From: Epithemia pelagica
Lineage: Eukaryota > Protista > Bacillariophyta
Assembly: GCA_946965045.2 (NCBI GenBank)
Contig: OX337229.1
Location: 3,596,001 to 3,660,000, forward strand
Direction of reading: 5' to 3'
Length of the DNA stretch: 64,000 bases
In this document: positions 10,289-22,078 of the stretch, piece after piece
Layout of the letters: the number at the start of each line of letters is the position of its first letter
How positions within the stretch are numbered: position 1 is the first letter of the stretch
Made by a program: the position numbers and the translations under genes
The notes under the pieces: model-generated
The model's database searches: none
The model's input: only the letters and a program-made list of their open reading frames with translations
What the model was told of the DNA's origin: nothing

Positions 10289-11761
10289 ATGACGCCGCCG
10301 TATAGGAACAATAGCAATCATAATGAGAGGCTCTCGTCGTCTTCGTCTGCAATTCGACAAGAAGCAGAGTCAATTCAAGAACCTCAACACCCACAAACAG
10401 CGGTACACCCTAATACAAAGTCGAACAGCAACATCATGCCTCGCTCGTCATCGAAAAAACGTCGACGAAAGCAAAAGCAACCCCGCCGACTTACCCTGGC
10501 TCTGTCGGAGGATGAATATGACATGATGCTGGCCGAAGAGGAGGAAGGAGGAACCTTCAAGTTTCATCCAGGTTCCAAGTGGCAAGAACCGTTTGTGCCA
10601 GGAGCTGGTTTGCTTCCCAAGGATCCACCGCAGCATGGTCTCACGCTGTACGAAGTTCATCGGAAACCTCGAATGAATTGCGTTCCCCAGAAAAATAATG
10701 ACAAGAATGCCTCTCGGGAAGTTGCGGACGATGGCAAGAAACGGGCTCGTCGAAAAACAGGGAGAAATGGTAGCGAAGTTGTTGTTGGTGGCTCGAACCG
10801 AATCACCTGTGATTACCAGAATTTGCTGGACGAATTTCGTTGTGTCATTTGTTTTGGGACTTTGCGAAAGACGAAAATTGTCCGAGAATGTTTGCACCGG
10901 TTTTGTGATACCTGTGTTCAAACCTGTCTCCGCCGAATGAGTAATTCATGTCCAGTCTGCCGCACTGTGATACCAAGTCGACGAAGCCTGACGGTCGATC
11001 ATGTCTACGATACCTTGATTGATGTTCTAGGCTTGGGTGATAGCGATGGTGAGGAAGATGAACAGGACGCTGCTCACATTGACAAGGTTGTGGCCATTGC
11101 CGCATCGCTGCATGAAGCCAGTAATCCCAATACCAGCAATAATCCGGGGGCAAATCCCATGGGTTCGCCGGCTTCCCTTCAAGTAGCCATTGCCAAAAAA
11201 CAAGAAATGATTCTACAACAGCAGCAACAACAAAAAGAAGCCGCTGCCGAAGGGTTGGCCGAGGGGAGCTCAAGTGTGCCATCCTCTGGAAATCCACAGC
11301 AGCCGCACTCACAGCCAGCACAAGCATCGCACGCATCCTCACCGTTGGCAGAGGAACCCATTCCCATTCCTCCTCTCGTGAAACTTTATTTAAGACCCCA
11401 TCCTTCTGAATCCGAGACAATAGACCCTCTGGATTTACCCTACCTTCGGCTTGCTGGCAATGCCACCATTGCGGTGTTGGAATCCTTTGTCCAGGCCAAG
11501 TTGGGTTTGTCAACGTCCCAGGAAACGGAAAGAACAGGGCCTGCGGCCCGAGGGAACGAGGATTCTGCAGCGGCTCCTAATCCAGCGGCTCCAGCTCTTG
11601 TGGATCCAATCTACTTTACGACCGGTCTTCTGAGGAAACCCTTGGCGCGTTCCATGCAACTTCGACTGTTGTTGGGAGCAGGTGGCACTGCAGCCCAAGA
11701 CGCGCAAACAATCGTATCGCTATATTATCGACGAACGAAGAAAATTCGGAGAGACAATTGA
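10289..11761 (+). CDS. RING1/RNF2-like E3 ubiquitin ligase (PRC1-type)
   Basis: C3HC4 RING (CVICFGTLRKTKIVRECLHRFCDTCVQTCLRRMSNSCPVCR) followed by the PSRRSL..D motif of the RING1 family; the C-terminal PYLRLAGNATIAVLESFVQAKL resembles a RAWUL ubiquitin-like domain. Confidence 0.75.
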   Translation: MTPPYRNNSNHNERLSSSSSAIRQEAESIQEPQHPQTAVHPNTKSNSNIMPRSSSKKRRRKQKQPRRLTLALSEDEYDMMLAEEEEGGTFKFHPGSKWQEPFVPGAGLLPKDPPQHGLTLYEVHRKPRMNCVPQKNNDKNASREVADDGKKRARRKTGRNGSEVVVGGSNRITCDYQNLLDEFRCVICFGTLRKTKIVRECLHRFCDTCVQTCLRRMSNSCPVCRTVIPSRRSLTVDHVYDTLIDVLGLGDSDGEEDEQDAAHIDKVVAIAASLHEASNPNTSNNPGANPMGSPASLQVAIAKKQEMILQQQQQQKEAAAEGLAEGSSSVPSSGNPQQPHSQPAQASHASSPLAEEPIPIPPLVKLYLRPHPSESETIDPLDLPYLRLAGNATIAVLESFVQAKLGLSTSQETERTGPAARGNEDSAAAPNPAAPALVDPIYFTTGLLRKPLARSMQLRLLLGAGGTAAQDAQTIVSLYYRRTKKIRRDN

Positions 11762-12320
11762 TGTGAAGAAAACGGACCTAAAACGGACCAAATCGAGCAA
11801 TGAGGGGACTTGGTCGAACGAGCAGCACTAGTCTATGCTATCTTTTGTTAATGCCTCACTTTGGCAGGGCTCTGCCGCATCTTTGTGTTGGTTATTGCCA
11901 CATCCTGAATTCATCCTTGCCTTGGACGAAAAAGCTTTTTTAAGGAGAAGGCCCCACAGTTTCTTTGCTAAAGTCGTAGGATTAGATTATCTCCTCTTTT
12001 TGGAGATTTAGGACGAGCCGTAGAAATAGAACCAAAATTTTGCGCTAGAAGTACATCAAAAGACGGATACGGATAGAGAGGGTAGCTTTTCCGTGGGGCA
12101 ACACGCAAAACTACCAATCCGGGTGAAGATCGCTCAACAAAAAGATCGCTCCGCCTTGTGATGTCTGTGCTCAGATCCCACAGTGGATGACGACGAATAG
12201 GAGAGAGCGCAACAACACAACATTCGCTATTTCTCTGCCAGCAAAAAGACTGGCAAAGTAATTATTGAAAGACTCTTGAGACTTTGATTGGGATTTTTCC
12301 AGCAGATTTGGCTCCACACA

Positions 12321-14510
12321 ATGACGCTATCACAAACCACTTCTGAATCTGCGTCCATTGTGGTTCCAAACACAAGTGTAAAGGGTGTTCATGGGGACAT
12401 TCGTCGTTCGTGGGATCCAGACGTTGTTCCTACACTCGGACATGCTGGCGGCGTCCAAACCTTGTACGAAGCCTTTCGACACGGAGCCGCCATGAATCCA
12501 CTAGGTCCCTGTTTAGGTTTCCGTGCCGTGTCCACTTCTGGTATGGCAACACCCTTTATTTACACAAGCTATTCCGAATGTTTGGCTCGAGTTAATGCCT
12601 TGGCAGCTGGACTGGACGAACTGCAATTGCTATCATCGACGACAAGGTCCGACGCCGATTATGCCTGTTTGGGTTTGTGTATGAAAAATTGCATGGAATG
12701 GATCTTGGCCGAACAAGCCACGTATACCGTGGGAGGTGTCACGGTTCCTCTATACGATACCTTGGATCCCGCTACGGCAGCCTTCATTTTGCAGCAAACA
12801 CAAACCAAAACGGTTGTTTGTTCTCGAGCCGAATTGCCCAAACTCTGCCAAGCCAAATCCTCAGACAAAACAAAGATGGATTGCTTTACAACTGTCTTGC
12901 TCGTGGACGGTGTCACCAAAGAGGCGGCTCAATTGGCCGAACAAGCGTCTTTGATTGTCTTGTCCTATGCGCAAGTCGAGGCCGTGGGGGCTCGTGTCGT
13001 GGCGCAAAACAAGGATGCTAACAAACACCACAAGCCACCCTCGCCCTTGGATTTGGCAACATTTTGCTATACCAGTGGCACTACGGGTATGCCCAAGGGT
13101 GCCATGATTTCACATCAAAACTTGATTACCACCATGGCCGGAATGCAAGCCGTGGCGGGGTTTACTATTCAATTGTACGATCGACACGTGTCTTATCTCC
13201 CACTGGCACATATTTTTGAACGAGTCGTTCTCAATCAAGTCTTGTCCTGCGGTGCCTCGGTGGCCTTTTATCGTGGTGAACCACAATATTTGGTGGAAGA
13301 TTGGCAAGCCTGTCGACCCACCATCGTGGCCGCTGTGCCACGAGTCATGAACAAAATTTACGATAAGGTAGGCAAACCACGAACGGAAAAAGTCTTGAGA
13401 TGAGCTATACAAGGACTCAATATGTGATGAATTTCTATTTTTTGCCTACGGCCTTACCTGTGTCGTTTTTGTCTCTTGCAGATTTATGCCGGCATCTCGG
13501 CAGCGGGTGGATTGAAAAAGAAGTTGTTTGATGCCGCCGTGGCAACAAAGACCCGAAATTTGCTTCAACACGGTCATCTAACACATGCCCTCTACGATCG
13601 CTTGTTGTTTCACAAGATTAAAAAGGGGTTGGGATTGGATCATGTTCGTATCATGTTTAGTGGATCGGCACCCTTGGCGAGTCATGTCATGATCTTTTTC
13701 CGCATTGTATTGGGTACACCTGTCGTTGAGGGATATGGTCAAACAGAAGGAACGGCGGCGGCGACTGTCGCGCATCCTCGGGATATGACCACGGCAGGAC
13801 ATGTAGGAGGTCCCACAGGATGTGTCGAAATTGCCCTGTTTGATGTGGATGAAATGGGCTACCGGTCCACCGATACCCGTCATGCCAATGGCATGCCCTG
13901 TCAAGGACGGGGCGAAATTTGTGTGCGGGGACCCAGTGTCTTTATGGGATATTACAAGGATGAGGCCAAAACCAAAGAAACGGTTGATGAGCAGGGATGG
14001 TTGCACAGTGGTGATATTGGATTATGGCGCGTCGATGGATCGTTGCAAATTATTGATCGCAAAAAGAATTTGTTCAAGCTGGCTCAGGGAGAATACGTTG
14101 CCCCAGAAAAGATTGAAAACATTTTGACACAATCACCCTTGATTGCTCAGTGCTTTGTTCATGGCGATTCCATTCAAACCTGTTTGGTGGCCATTGTGGT
14201 ACCCGATGAAGAAGTGGTCCGACCCAAGTTCTTGGCGTCGTCGTCCACCTCCTTTGCCGAGTTGTGTCGATCGTCGACCGCCTTGAAACAGCAATTGTCG
14301 GATGATATTGCGAAATTGTCGAAAGCCAATGGTTTGTTGGGCTTCGAAATCGTCAAGGCCATTCATGTAGAATCTGAACCATTTGCGGTCGAAAATGATC
14401 TCATGACACCCACTTTCAAACTGAAACGGCCACAATTGAGAACGAGATATCAGTCCGAAATTGAACAATTGTATGGTACGCAAGTTGCAGCTCCACAAAG
14501 CAAGTTGTAG
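12321..14510 (+). CDS. Long-chain acyl-CoA synthetase with C-terminal PTS1 (intron 13368-13481)
   Basis: AMP-binding YTSGTTGMPKG, YLPLAHIFER, EGYGQTE, WLHSGDIG and IIDRKKNLFKLAQGEYVAPEKIEN motifs; ends in -SKL; GTAGGC...TGCAG intron restores the frame. Confidence 0.93.
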
Positions 14511-14721
14511 AAATAAATTGATATAAATATCTCTGTACACAAAATGAACATTTCATCAGCCTTAGAGAAAAGAGGCTTGGTATACTTGTATGCTTAAACT
14601 ATTCTCTTTTGTTTGTACTTCTGGAACGACTGGCCTCAACACCTAATTGTCGCAGTCATGTTGTAAAAAATGACTGTTAGAGAGATTTGCGCTTATTCAT
14701 TCATGCTAAAATTGAGAAAAG

Positions 14722-15888
14722 TTAGGAGTCTTTCATTCTCATTTCTTGTTTCAAATACTGAACGACGAGTGGGTGGACGATTTGTGCTGTCTGTCGAGAA
14801 TCACGGGATACCTGATATCGGTCAAAGTCCAAAACTGGGATTTCAAAAGCCTTCGCAACTGGAAGGAGGGCTGACAAGAAGTCAATCATGGCATCATTGA
14901 CAGACTCGGTCAAAAAGGAGACATGGTTCGGGGCATCAGGGCGATCAAAAAGAATTGCTGCCCTAGATGGGACAAGTTGACTGGAAGAAAACAATTCATC
15001 TTCCTTAAGCATCACGATGTCTTTGGGATACCCCTGCGCTCCTCCAAACCTTGCAGGTGATACAGCTCCATCATTCATTGATGAGATGAACAGGGCGTTA
15101 CCAGGAATGACACTCCCATCAGGCAATCGAGGACCACCAGCAATAAGAACCCGGGCCCAATTCTCGTCACCAGTGCGAATTGCGGTTCCACAGCCGAGAG
15201 AATGGCCAACAATGCCGAATTTTGTGCCTTCAATACCCAAATCACCTTGAAGGTAAGAGAGAAGTTGGTTATTGATGACGGAACGGTCAAGGCCTTCTGC
15301 ACGATCATAGGACGCTGCAAGAGACTCGGGGTATTCTGCTGAAAGGCACAAAAATCCTTCACTGACGAGAGCTTCAGCAAGATGGGAAAGGTCGAATCGG
15401 CTACCTAAGTATCCATGAGCCAGAAGAATCACAGGGGCAGATTTTGGAAGGGAAAGGTCAGAACCCAGGGCCACACCATTACGCGAGGGTACCAAAGAGA
15501 AATCCCGAGCATAGAAACCTGGAATAAAGTCCCACCCAGCCAGCATTTGCCCAATTTTTCTCACAGAAATCCGGTATGGGTATTCGGGGTTTCGTGAGGG
15601 ACGAGACGAGTCCATTTCTTCATTGCTGCATGGAAACCAGCATGCAACGGGAACCTTGACTCCATACTGATCCACTGGGAGCGAAAGTTCTTTGTATGCA
15701 ACAGCCAAAGATGATGAAACGGGAGTGTCTGTTGGTTGGTCGGCGATCGGAACTTGAAGACTAGACGTATCGGCCTGAACTTGAGAAGCTCGAATGGATG
15801 AGAACGCCTGCGCTGAATCCAACGGCGCCAGCGCCCACGAGGCTACTGTAAAGAGCCTTTTCAGGAATGGCTGTCTCTCCATTAACAT
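14722..15888 (-). CDS. Alpha/beta hydrolase (PAF-acetylhydrolase/dienelactone hydrolase-like)
   Basis: VILLAHGYLGSRFD, nucleophile elbow GHSLG and a C-terminal HVSF. First ATG at 15888; the upstream open frame to 16068 lacks an ATG. Confidence 0.7.
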   Translation of the reverse strand: MLMERQPFLKRLFTVASWALAPLDSAQAFSSIRASQVQADTSSLQVPIADQPTDTPVSSSLAVAYKELSLPVDQYGVKVPVACWFPCSNEEMDSSRPSRNPEYPYRISVRKIGQMLAGWDFIPGFYARDFSLVPSRNGVALGSDLSLPKSAPVILLAHGYLGSRFDLSHLAEALVSEGFLCLSAEYPESLAASYDRAEGLDRSVINNQLLSYLQGDLGIEGTKFGIVGHSLGCGTAIRTGDENWARVLIAGGPRLPDGSVIPGNALFISSMNDGAVSPARFGGAQGYPKDIVMLKEDELFSSSQLVPSRAAILFDRPDAPNHVSFLTESVNDAMIDFLSALLPVAKAFEIPVLDFDRYQVSRDSRQTAQIVHPLVVQYLKQEMRMKDS

Positions 15889-16172
15889 TTTGAAGTTGTT
15901 TGTCACAAGAAAACGCTCCCTGCTGGGCAGAACAATTGAAATGAATGAACCCAAAGAGAAGTATCCCCCAGCGGGGGCGAGTATTTGCGGTGAATTCCTG
16001 AAAAGAGAATTCACGACGAAATTTCCAGATCCGCTGGGGAAACAAAGAAGAGGCGAAAGAGTCAGCACGTCATCGAAGTCGCTTTTCGATCGCTGAGAAA
16101 AATCACTTCAACATAGATCTCACCTACCATTAAGTTACCATAGCTACGCCGTAAAGCAGGCTACCTAGTAAC

Positions 16173-16180
16173 TACTCCTA
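16173..16180. promoter_or_regulatory. TACTCCTA motif upstream of the hydrolase gene
   Basis: Exact motif inside a CTA/TAG-rich intergenic patch. Confidence 0.35.
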
Positions 16181-16359
16181 GCTAGAGCCTGTGTTCTTGT
16201 GAATGCTAATCCTATCAACGATATTATGAACTGATCAATTCTAGAGGTACCTGTGAAACAATGTTTCCTGTTTACTCACCCAGATCCAAAAGCATTGCCT
16301 CGGAAATAAGTGACGTAGCGACAATTGTGGAAAATGACACATCAAACTCCTTCATTCAA

Positions 16360-17850
16360 TCAATGGACGCATTCTTCAACAAACTTTTGTACGGCTTGAA
16401 GATCATTTGGTAGTTCCGTTCGTCTTGTAGGCAAACTTTCCAAGGCAGCGAGTTCTGGAGGCGGTGTGGGAAGTGGATCAACGGCGCGACTGACGGCTGC
16501 AGGAAACTTGCCCTCATGTGCCGTAGCCAGGCTGACGGTGTCATTCGATATCATGGACAATTGGTGAATGGCATTGACACCCACAGCCGCATGGGGACAC
16601 AACACGTATTGGTGCTGGTCGCTGTACGTTTTGATGGTATCTAGCGTCATGGCAGTGTCGGCTCGGGCCGAAGAAAAGTCGGATTGTGCCTTGACCAACA
16701 ATTCTCCGTCAACCGTCAATTTTTTTGTGCTTTCAAATTCTTTCATCCAGGAGGAAAGCTTCTCCGAGTCATTACCAGCCAAATGGAAGAGGTAGCGTTC
16801 GAAGTTACTGCTCACACAGATATCCATACTGGGGGAGATACTCTTGGCGATTTCCTCGCGGTGATATTCCCCTTTTGTGAAAAATCTGTGCAGAATATCA
16901 TTTTCATTGGTGGCAACTACCAGTCGACCAACTGGTAAACCCATTTGCTTGGAATAGTATCCAGCCAATACATCACCAAAGTTTCCAGTGGGAACCGAGA
17001 AATTGACCTGCTTCACATCTTTGTGTTGATCAGTTACACGCAGGTAACTCCAAAAATAATAGGTGGTCTGGGCCAACACACGGCACCAATTGATGGAGTT
17101 GACAGCCCCCAACTTGACCTTGTCACGAAACTCGGGAGTGTTGAAACTAGCCTTGACCAAATCTTGGCAATCATCAAAAGTCCCGTCGACCGCAACACAA
17201 TGAATATTTTCATCTGGTACGGTCGTCATTTGTCTCTCTTGGATGGCCGAGACACGACCATTCGGGAATAAGATGATGCAATCGACCCCTTTCTTTCCCC
17301 TTAAACCAGAAATGGCAGCCGAACCCGTATCACCGGACGTGGCACCCAATACGGCCAATCGACCACCATTGCTACCCGTTTCCAAAAAGTATTCGAAGAA
17401 ATTACCCAGCATTTGCAAAGCCACATCTTTGAAGGCAAAAGTTGGTCCATGAAAAAGTTCCTGTAGCACGTGAAGTCGTCACGAATGAGAATGTTGCATG
17501 CTTGAGACTCAACAAACAGAGACTGATATTGGTCTTACCAAAATGTAATGTCCACCAACCGACACCACAGGCGTCACTTCGGGTGATCGAAAGGCTGCGG
17601 AGGAACGCTGGATAATATCTTTCAATTTCTCGGCAGGAACTTGATCCTCCTTGACATACTTGGAGAGTACTTCGAAGGCCATGTCGGGGAAGGACAAACT
17701 TCGCCAGGCCTCCAACTCGTCTGTCGTGACTTGGGGAATGTCATCGGGCACAAACAAACCACGATCCTTCGCCAGTCCCTGCATTACCACAGTACGAAAG
17801 TCTAACGATGTTTGACCACCTCGAGTACTACTGTAGGTTATCGACGACAT
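16360..17850 (-). CDS. thrC: Threonine synthase (intron 17461-17538)
   Basis: YSSTRGG..GLAKDRGLFVP N-terminus, ELFHGPTFAFKD PLP-lysine motif, GATSGDTGSAA, NSINWCR, VPTGNFG; a 78-bp GTAAGA...ACAG intron joins the two ORFs in frame. Confidence 0.95.
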
Positions 17851-18148
17851 GGTCAATGGGCTTCCAATTGTTTCTTCTGCAACTCTTGAATGTATGACAA
17901 AGAATCTCTTTCTCTCACCGGTCTCTTGGGTGAGGATGTGGTGAATGAATGAAATTGAGGTGTGTCGCCAGATGACAGGGACAACGTGCGCAGAGTGCGT
18001 ACTTCTAGGGTCGCGGAAAATGAACGAAGACGCCTCAAGGTCGCTTTCCAGTCCTTGTTCGCATTGTCTACCGCCTTACTAGAAACATCAGTGTCGCTCC
18101 CGGGCATTAGCATTATCTTTAGAATTGGAAGCAGTTGTATTTGTCACC

Positions 18149-18684
18149 ATGGTAAGAGATCATAGATCCGCCTTTCCTGCAACTCTATCCAGAGTCTGTC
18201 AGGGGGCCTATGCATGAGATGTCGTTCCTTGACATGTCGTCCCTGGCGTTCCTACATTTCCGTATGGCTTTTCCAGATTTGCCGGATCCTCACTCAGACG
18301 TAACTTTTGGTAATGTTTCACTCCAAACAGGTCAAGGGAAAGAAATCTACGGCAAAGTTTGTCATTGACTGCACACAGCCAGTCGATGATAAGGTTTTGG
18401 ATGTTGCCCAATTCGAAAAGTATTTGCATGATAAGATCAAGTTGAATGGCAAGACTGGACAGTTGGCGGCCAACAATGTCGTAATATCTCGTGACCGAAC
18501 GAAATTGACAATTGCGTCTCCACAAGAATTGGGTTTCTCCAAGAGGCAACTCAAATACCTATCGAAGCGATATTTGAAGAAGCAACAACTCAAGGATTAC
18601 ATGCGGGTAGTTGCCTCATCCAAGTCCTCCTACGAACTCAAATACTACGATGTGCAAGGTGGGGATGACGAAGCCGAAGAATAA
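18149..18684 (+). CDS. RPL22: 60S ribosomal protein L22 (eL22); ATG-only first exon, intron 18152-18330
   Basis: KFVIDCTQPVDDKVLDVAQFEKYLHDKIKLNGKTGQL...FSKRQLKYLSKRYLKKQQLKDYMRVVASSKSSYELKYY; ATG|GTAAGA...AACAG|GTC AAG gives MVKGKK. Confidence 0.95.
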
Positions 18685-18798
18685 GCCATATAATAGACGG
18701 ATTAGTTTCTTTTTATCTCAATCCGGATAACGAAAATTCGTCGCAGTGAAGTTACCTTTGTCACTATTCATCATAATTTTAGTCCTGCCACGACGGGA

Positions 18799-18867
18799 AT
18801 GATGAATGCACGCTCCATAGTGTGACTTGCTTGATCCAAAGACGAGATCTATTTGGAAATCTACTGA
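18799..18867 (+). ncRNA. Candidate box C/D snoRNA
   Basis: ATGATGA (box C, 18799-18805) and CTGA (box D, 18864-18867) span 69 nt in intergenic DNA. No target was identified. Confidence 0.2.
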
Positions 18868-19330
18868 AGTTCATCTTCGTCAATACAAAGGATACGGTTT
18901 GCCTGATGAAGAGCTTGGCGCCCAATGCGGCTCTCAAGGAAAACATTACAGAGAAAGTGCGTATTACTACAAGCACAAGTATCTTTGCCATAAAAATGTA
19001 TAAGAATTAAAAAAGATGGTGCTGGTGTTGCAACGTTCTGGACTTGGTTCTATCAACGAACAATTCCTCCCATCACCCATGTATTGTTCGGGAAGATAGA
19101 TTGTGGACCCTTCCATCCGTGTTTTGTATGAATATCGAAGCATGGAGGGTCTAATGTTCTATTTTCCTTTGTCGTGTTAGAGTTTCACCGTCGGTTCTCG
19201 AGTGCATTTGTAAACAAAACTGCATGCATCGCCGATACTTTTATAAGATGGAACATTTTGGCGGTACACACAAACTCTTTCTTCTTCCCATGTTGATCCA
19301 CTCATATAAATATTCCACCCAAGCGTTCTC

Positions 19331-20439
19331 TTACTCCCCGGACGGTAATGGCCCATCCTCTCGTAAGGTTCGGATACGAATTGCCGTAAGGACAATCCCT
19401 TGGATCAAGGGAATGAGGGACACGAGAATAATGGCCGAAACGACAATGGCTGCAGAAGCATCGGCATAAAGACCATTGACGGAGGGAATGACGGTTGCGA
19501 TCGCCGCCGCCAACAAAACCGCCGAACTTCGGAGCGTGTCGGCACAAACATGCTGTGGAGTCATGAACAGCGCAACACGTTAGACTTACAAGTCCATGGC
19601 CAAAACAACATCGACTATCTGACACGATGTAAACGTACCGTCCAAGCACTGCACATATTCAAATTGACCATCAAACTTTCGGGCGGTCCCATTTGATCGA
19701 CTGATAAATCAATGCCTCCATACTCTCCGTTCGTCGTGGTGGAAGACGGAGTAGGTGCCATCAATTTCATGTCTTCACTGCTTTCCAAATCCACCAAAGG
19801 TTGCTGTTCCCCCGAATGGTGATGATGTTGAAGCGTCTTCATGGATTCTCGAATAATGGATCGTTCTTCTCGAATGATATCAAGGCTAAAGGTCATGTCG
19901 GCACGAGCAAAGCAGGTCACATTGACAATATCAAGCAGCAAATTGGCACCTGAGAAAAAGAACATAATGGGTACCGACACGTCGTCTTCGTCACCCGCTC
20001 CATAAAAGGTTTGCAAGGCGTCGGCCATGGCGTAACAGGTAATGGCAATCAGAGCCAAAACACTAATCGACGGAGGAATCATTTCCAAATAGAGTCGCTG
20101 CAACTCTCGATGATGTTCCCGATGCGTTTGTGGCATTTTCCACTCGGCTTCCGTGTAGGGTCGGTTCTTGATGCGTTCGGCGCAGAGATTGAAGAGGTAG
20201 GTAATGGCATCGACGCTCATGGCTTCACTGTCGGCCAACATGGACTGACTGTTGGCAATCAACGCAAAGACTGCCTGAACCAACAGAAATCCAACAAAGG
20301 AGTAAAAGGCGACATTAAGGACTTCCTCGTTGGTAGGCTTGTGTGGACCCGACGTCGTATCATTCTTGGGCTGCTGTTCGTTCGGAGAGACACCGTTCGC
20401 ATTTGATGCTCGGTCCATTGGTCGTGCACTGTTCACCAT
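19331..20439 (-). CDS. Cation diffusion facilitator (CDF) family transporter (intron 19553-19638)
   Basis: ALIANSQSMLADSEAMSVDAITYLFNL (TM2-3 pattern), a His-rich loop (QHHHHS), and after splicing NLNMCSAWT/HVCADTLRS (HxxxD of TM5) followed by ADASAAIVVSAII. Confidence 0.8.
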
Positions 20440-21032
20440 GGTGATTCTATTACAGCAATGTCAATTCTCAAAACAACAACGACAGCAACAACTTTCACTA
20501 CCGTTGGGCTTCTATGAGGTGATGGTGGTCGGATTCGGATGGCGTGATGTTTATGTTGATGGATGGATGATGGATGGTCGCTTTGAGGTTTTTGTTGTCG
20601 TTGCGCCGGAATAATAATTATTTCTTTCCTACCAACGGATGGTTTATTTTGATTGGTGCAGAGGAACCTCCATGCACGTCATAAAGACCAACGTACTTGA
20701 GGCTCGATACTCGAATATGCTCGTTCCGAATTCGGAATATCATGTGGTCGCGTTTGGAGCAACGAATGTTCGAAATTGAACATGGACATTTGTATTGTAG
20801 TGTACGTTCTCAAACTGTCGGAGCGTGTGGCGAGTGGCGACGCGTGCGCATGGGGAAGTGTGTGACCCGATCATGGGGTCGCGTTCGCGTTTTGCGGTAT
20901 TGTACCCTCCGGGTCGTTCGACTGCATTGGCGTTTGGACTTTGGGGATCTTGGATCGTTCGTCATTACATTGGGTTCTGAATTCTGAAGCTGAGGATACC
21001 ACCAAACATTACAGGAAATCGACCAGAGCACA

Positions 21033-21779
21033 ATGGATTTGGGATTTGGTCAGGACAATCAAGCCGTGGGAAATGTGGCAGCCCAAGCCTTGTTGCAAGC
21101 GTCCAAGGTGCAAGAACAAGTCTTGGAAGACGAACTTTCGAAATACGACGCTCTGTTGAACGACGACGACGCATTGGAGAGTTTACGACGGAAGCGTTTG
21201 GAACAAATGAAGGAAGAACACGAAAAGAAGGCGCAATGGAAGGCACAAGGTCATGGCGTGTACAGTGAATTGGGACAAGGACAAGATGCGCGCGATGTGG
21301 CCCGAGACTTTTTTGAGGCCTCCAAGCATTCCGAACGGTTGGTCGTGCATTTTTATCGTCCCACGTCCTTCTGTGAAATTGTGCATGGCCATTTACAAAA
21401 ATTAGCTTCCTCGCATTTGGAAACCAAATTTGTCAAAATCAATGTGGATGGATGCGATCAGAACAATGCGCAACGAGGAGCCTCGTATTTGGTGGAGCAA
21501 TTGGGGATTCGCGTCATGCCCACGCTGGTCATTGTGCACAAACGACAAGTCGTCCATCATTTACGAGGATTTGATGAATTGGGAGGAACCAGTGACTTTA
21601 CTACAGAAACCTTGGCCTATGTGTTGGGTCAGAAGAAGGGACTGAATTGCACCGAAGACGAACAAGAGGCCGCCTTGTCGTCGTCGTCCGCTGCCACTGG
21701 CGTCAATCGTATTCGGCTACGAGGGAAGCATATAGGTGGTAGCAGTAGAACAAGACAAGAAGAAGGAGAAGACTTTTGA
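21033..21779 (+). CDS. Phosducin-like thioredoxin-domain protein (TXNDC9/PLP1-like)
   Basis: LESLRRKRLEQMK..W..QGHGVYSEL, VVHFYRPTSFCEIVHGHLQKLASSHLETKFVKIN, YLVEQLGIRVMPTL, GFDELGG. Confidence 0.88.
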   Translation: MDLGFGQDNQAVGNVAAQALLQASKVQEQVLEDELSKYDALLNDDDALESLRRKRLEQMKEEHEKKAQWKAQGHGVYSELGQGQDARDVARDFFEASKHSERLVVHFYRPTSFCEIVHGHLQKLASSHLETKFVKINVDGCDQNNAQRGASYLVEQLGIRVMPTLVIVHKRQVVHHLRGFDELGGTSDFTTETLAYVLGQKKGLNCTEDEQEAALSSSSAATGVNRIRLRGKHIGGSSRTRQEEGEDF

Positions 21780-22070
21780 TAATTTGACATTGGATATCTG
21801 CGGAATCATGGAAAGGGTACTATTTCCCATGTGTGCACTCGCTTGCCAAGCAGATACCGGACTTTTCCCAAAGTGAGCGCTAAGAAGGAGAAATGCAGAA
21901 CAAGCACGTGATGGGCGCTGTCTTGTTCTATCGACAAGTGGACAACTCGGGAAGCGAGCTCGCATTAAAGTTGACATGAATGTACACCCTCATCTAGAGT
22001 CTGCACTCTTACTATGGAGCAAGATCGGCTTTCCGTCAATACAAAAAGGAGTAAGAGAGTTGGAGTACCT

Positions 22071-22078
22071 TACTCCTA
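22071..22078. promoter_or_regulatory. TACTCCTA motif between TXNDC9-like and ankyrin-TRP genes
   Basis: Exact motif inside a CTA/TAG-rich patch, about 740 bp from the nearest annotated ATG. Confidence 0.3.

Noticed and set aside
17853-18113. 86-aa ORF upstream of threonine synthase as a targeting presequence
   Set aside because: It ends in TGA in a different frame just before the ATG, and I found no convincing splice sites linking it.
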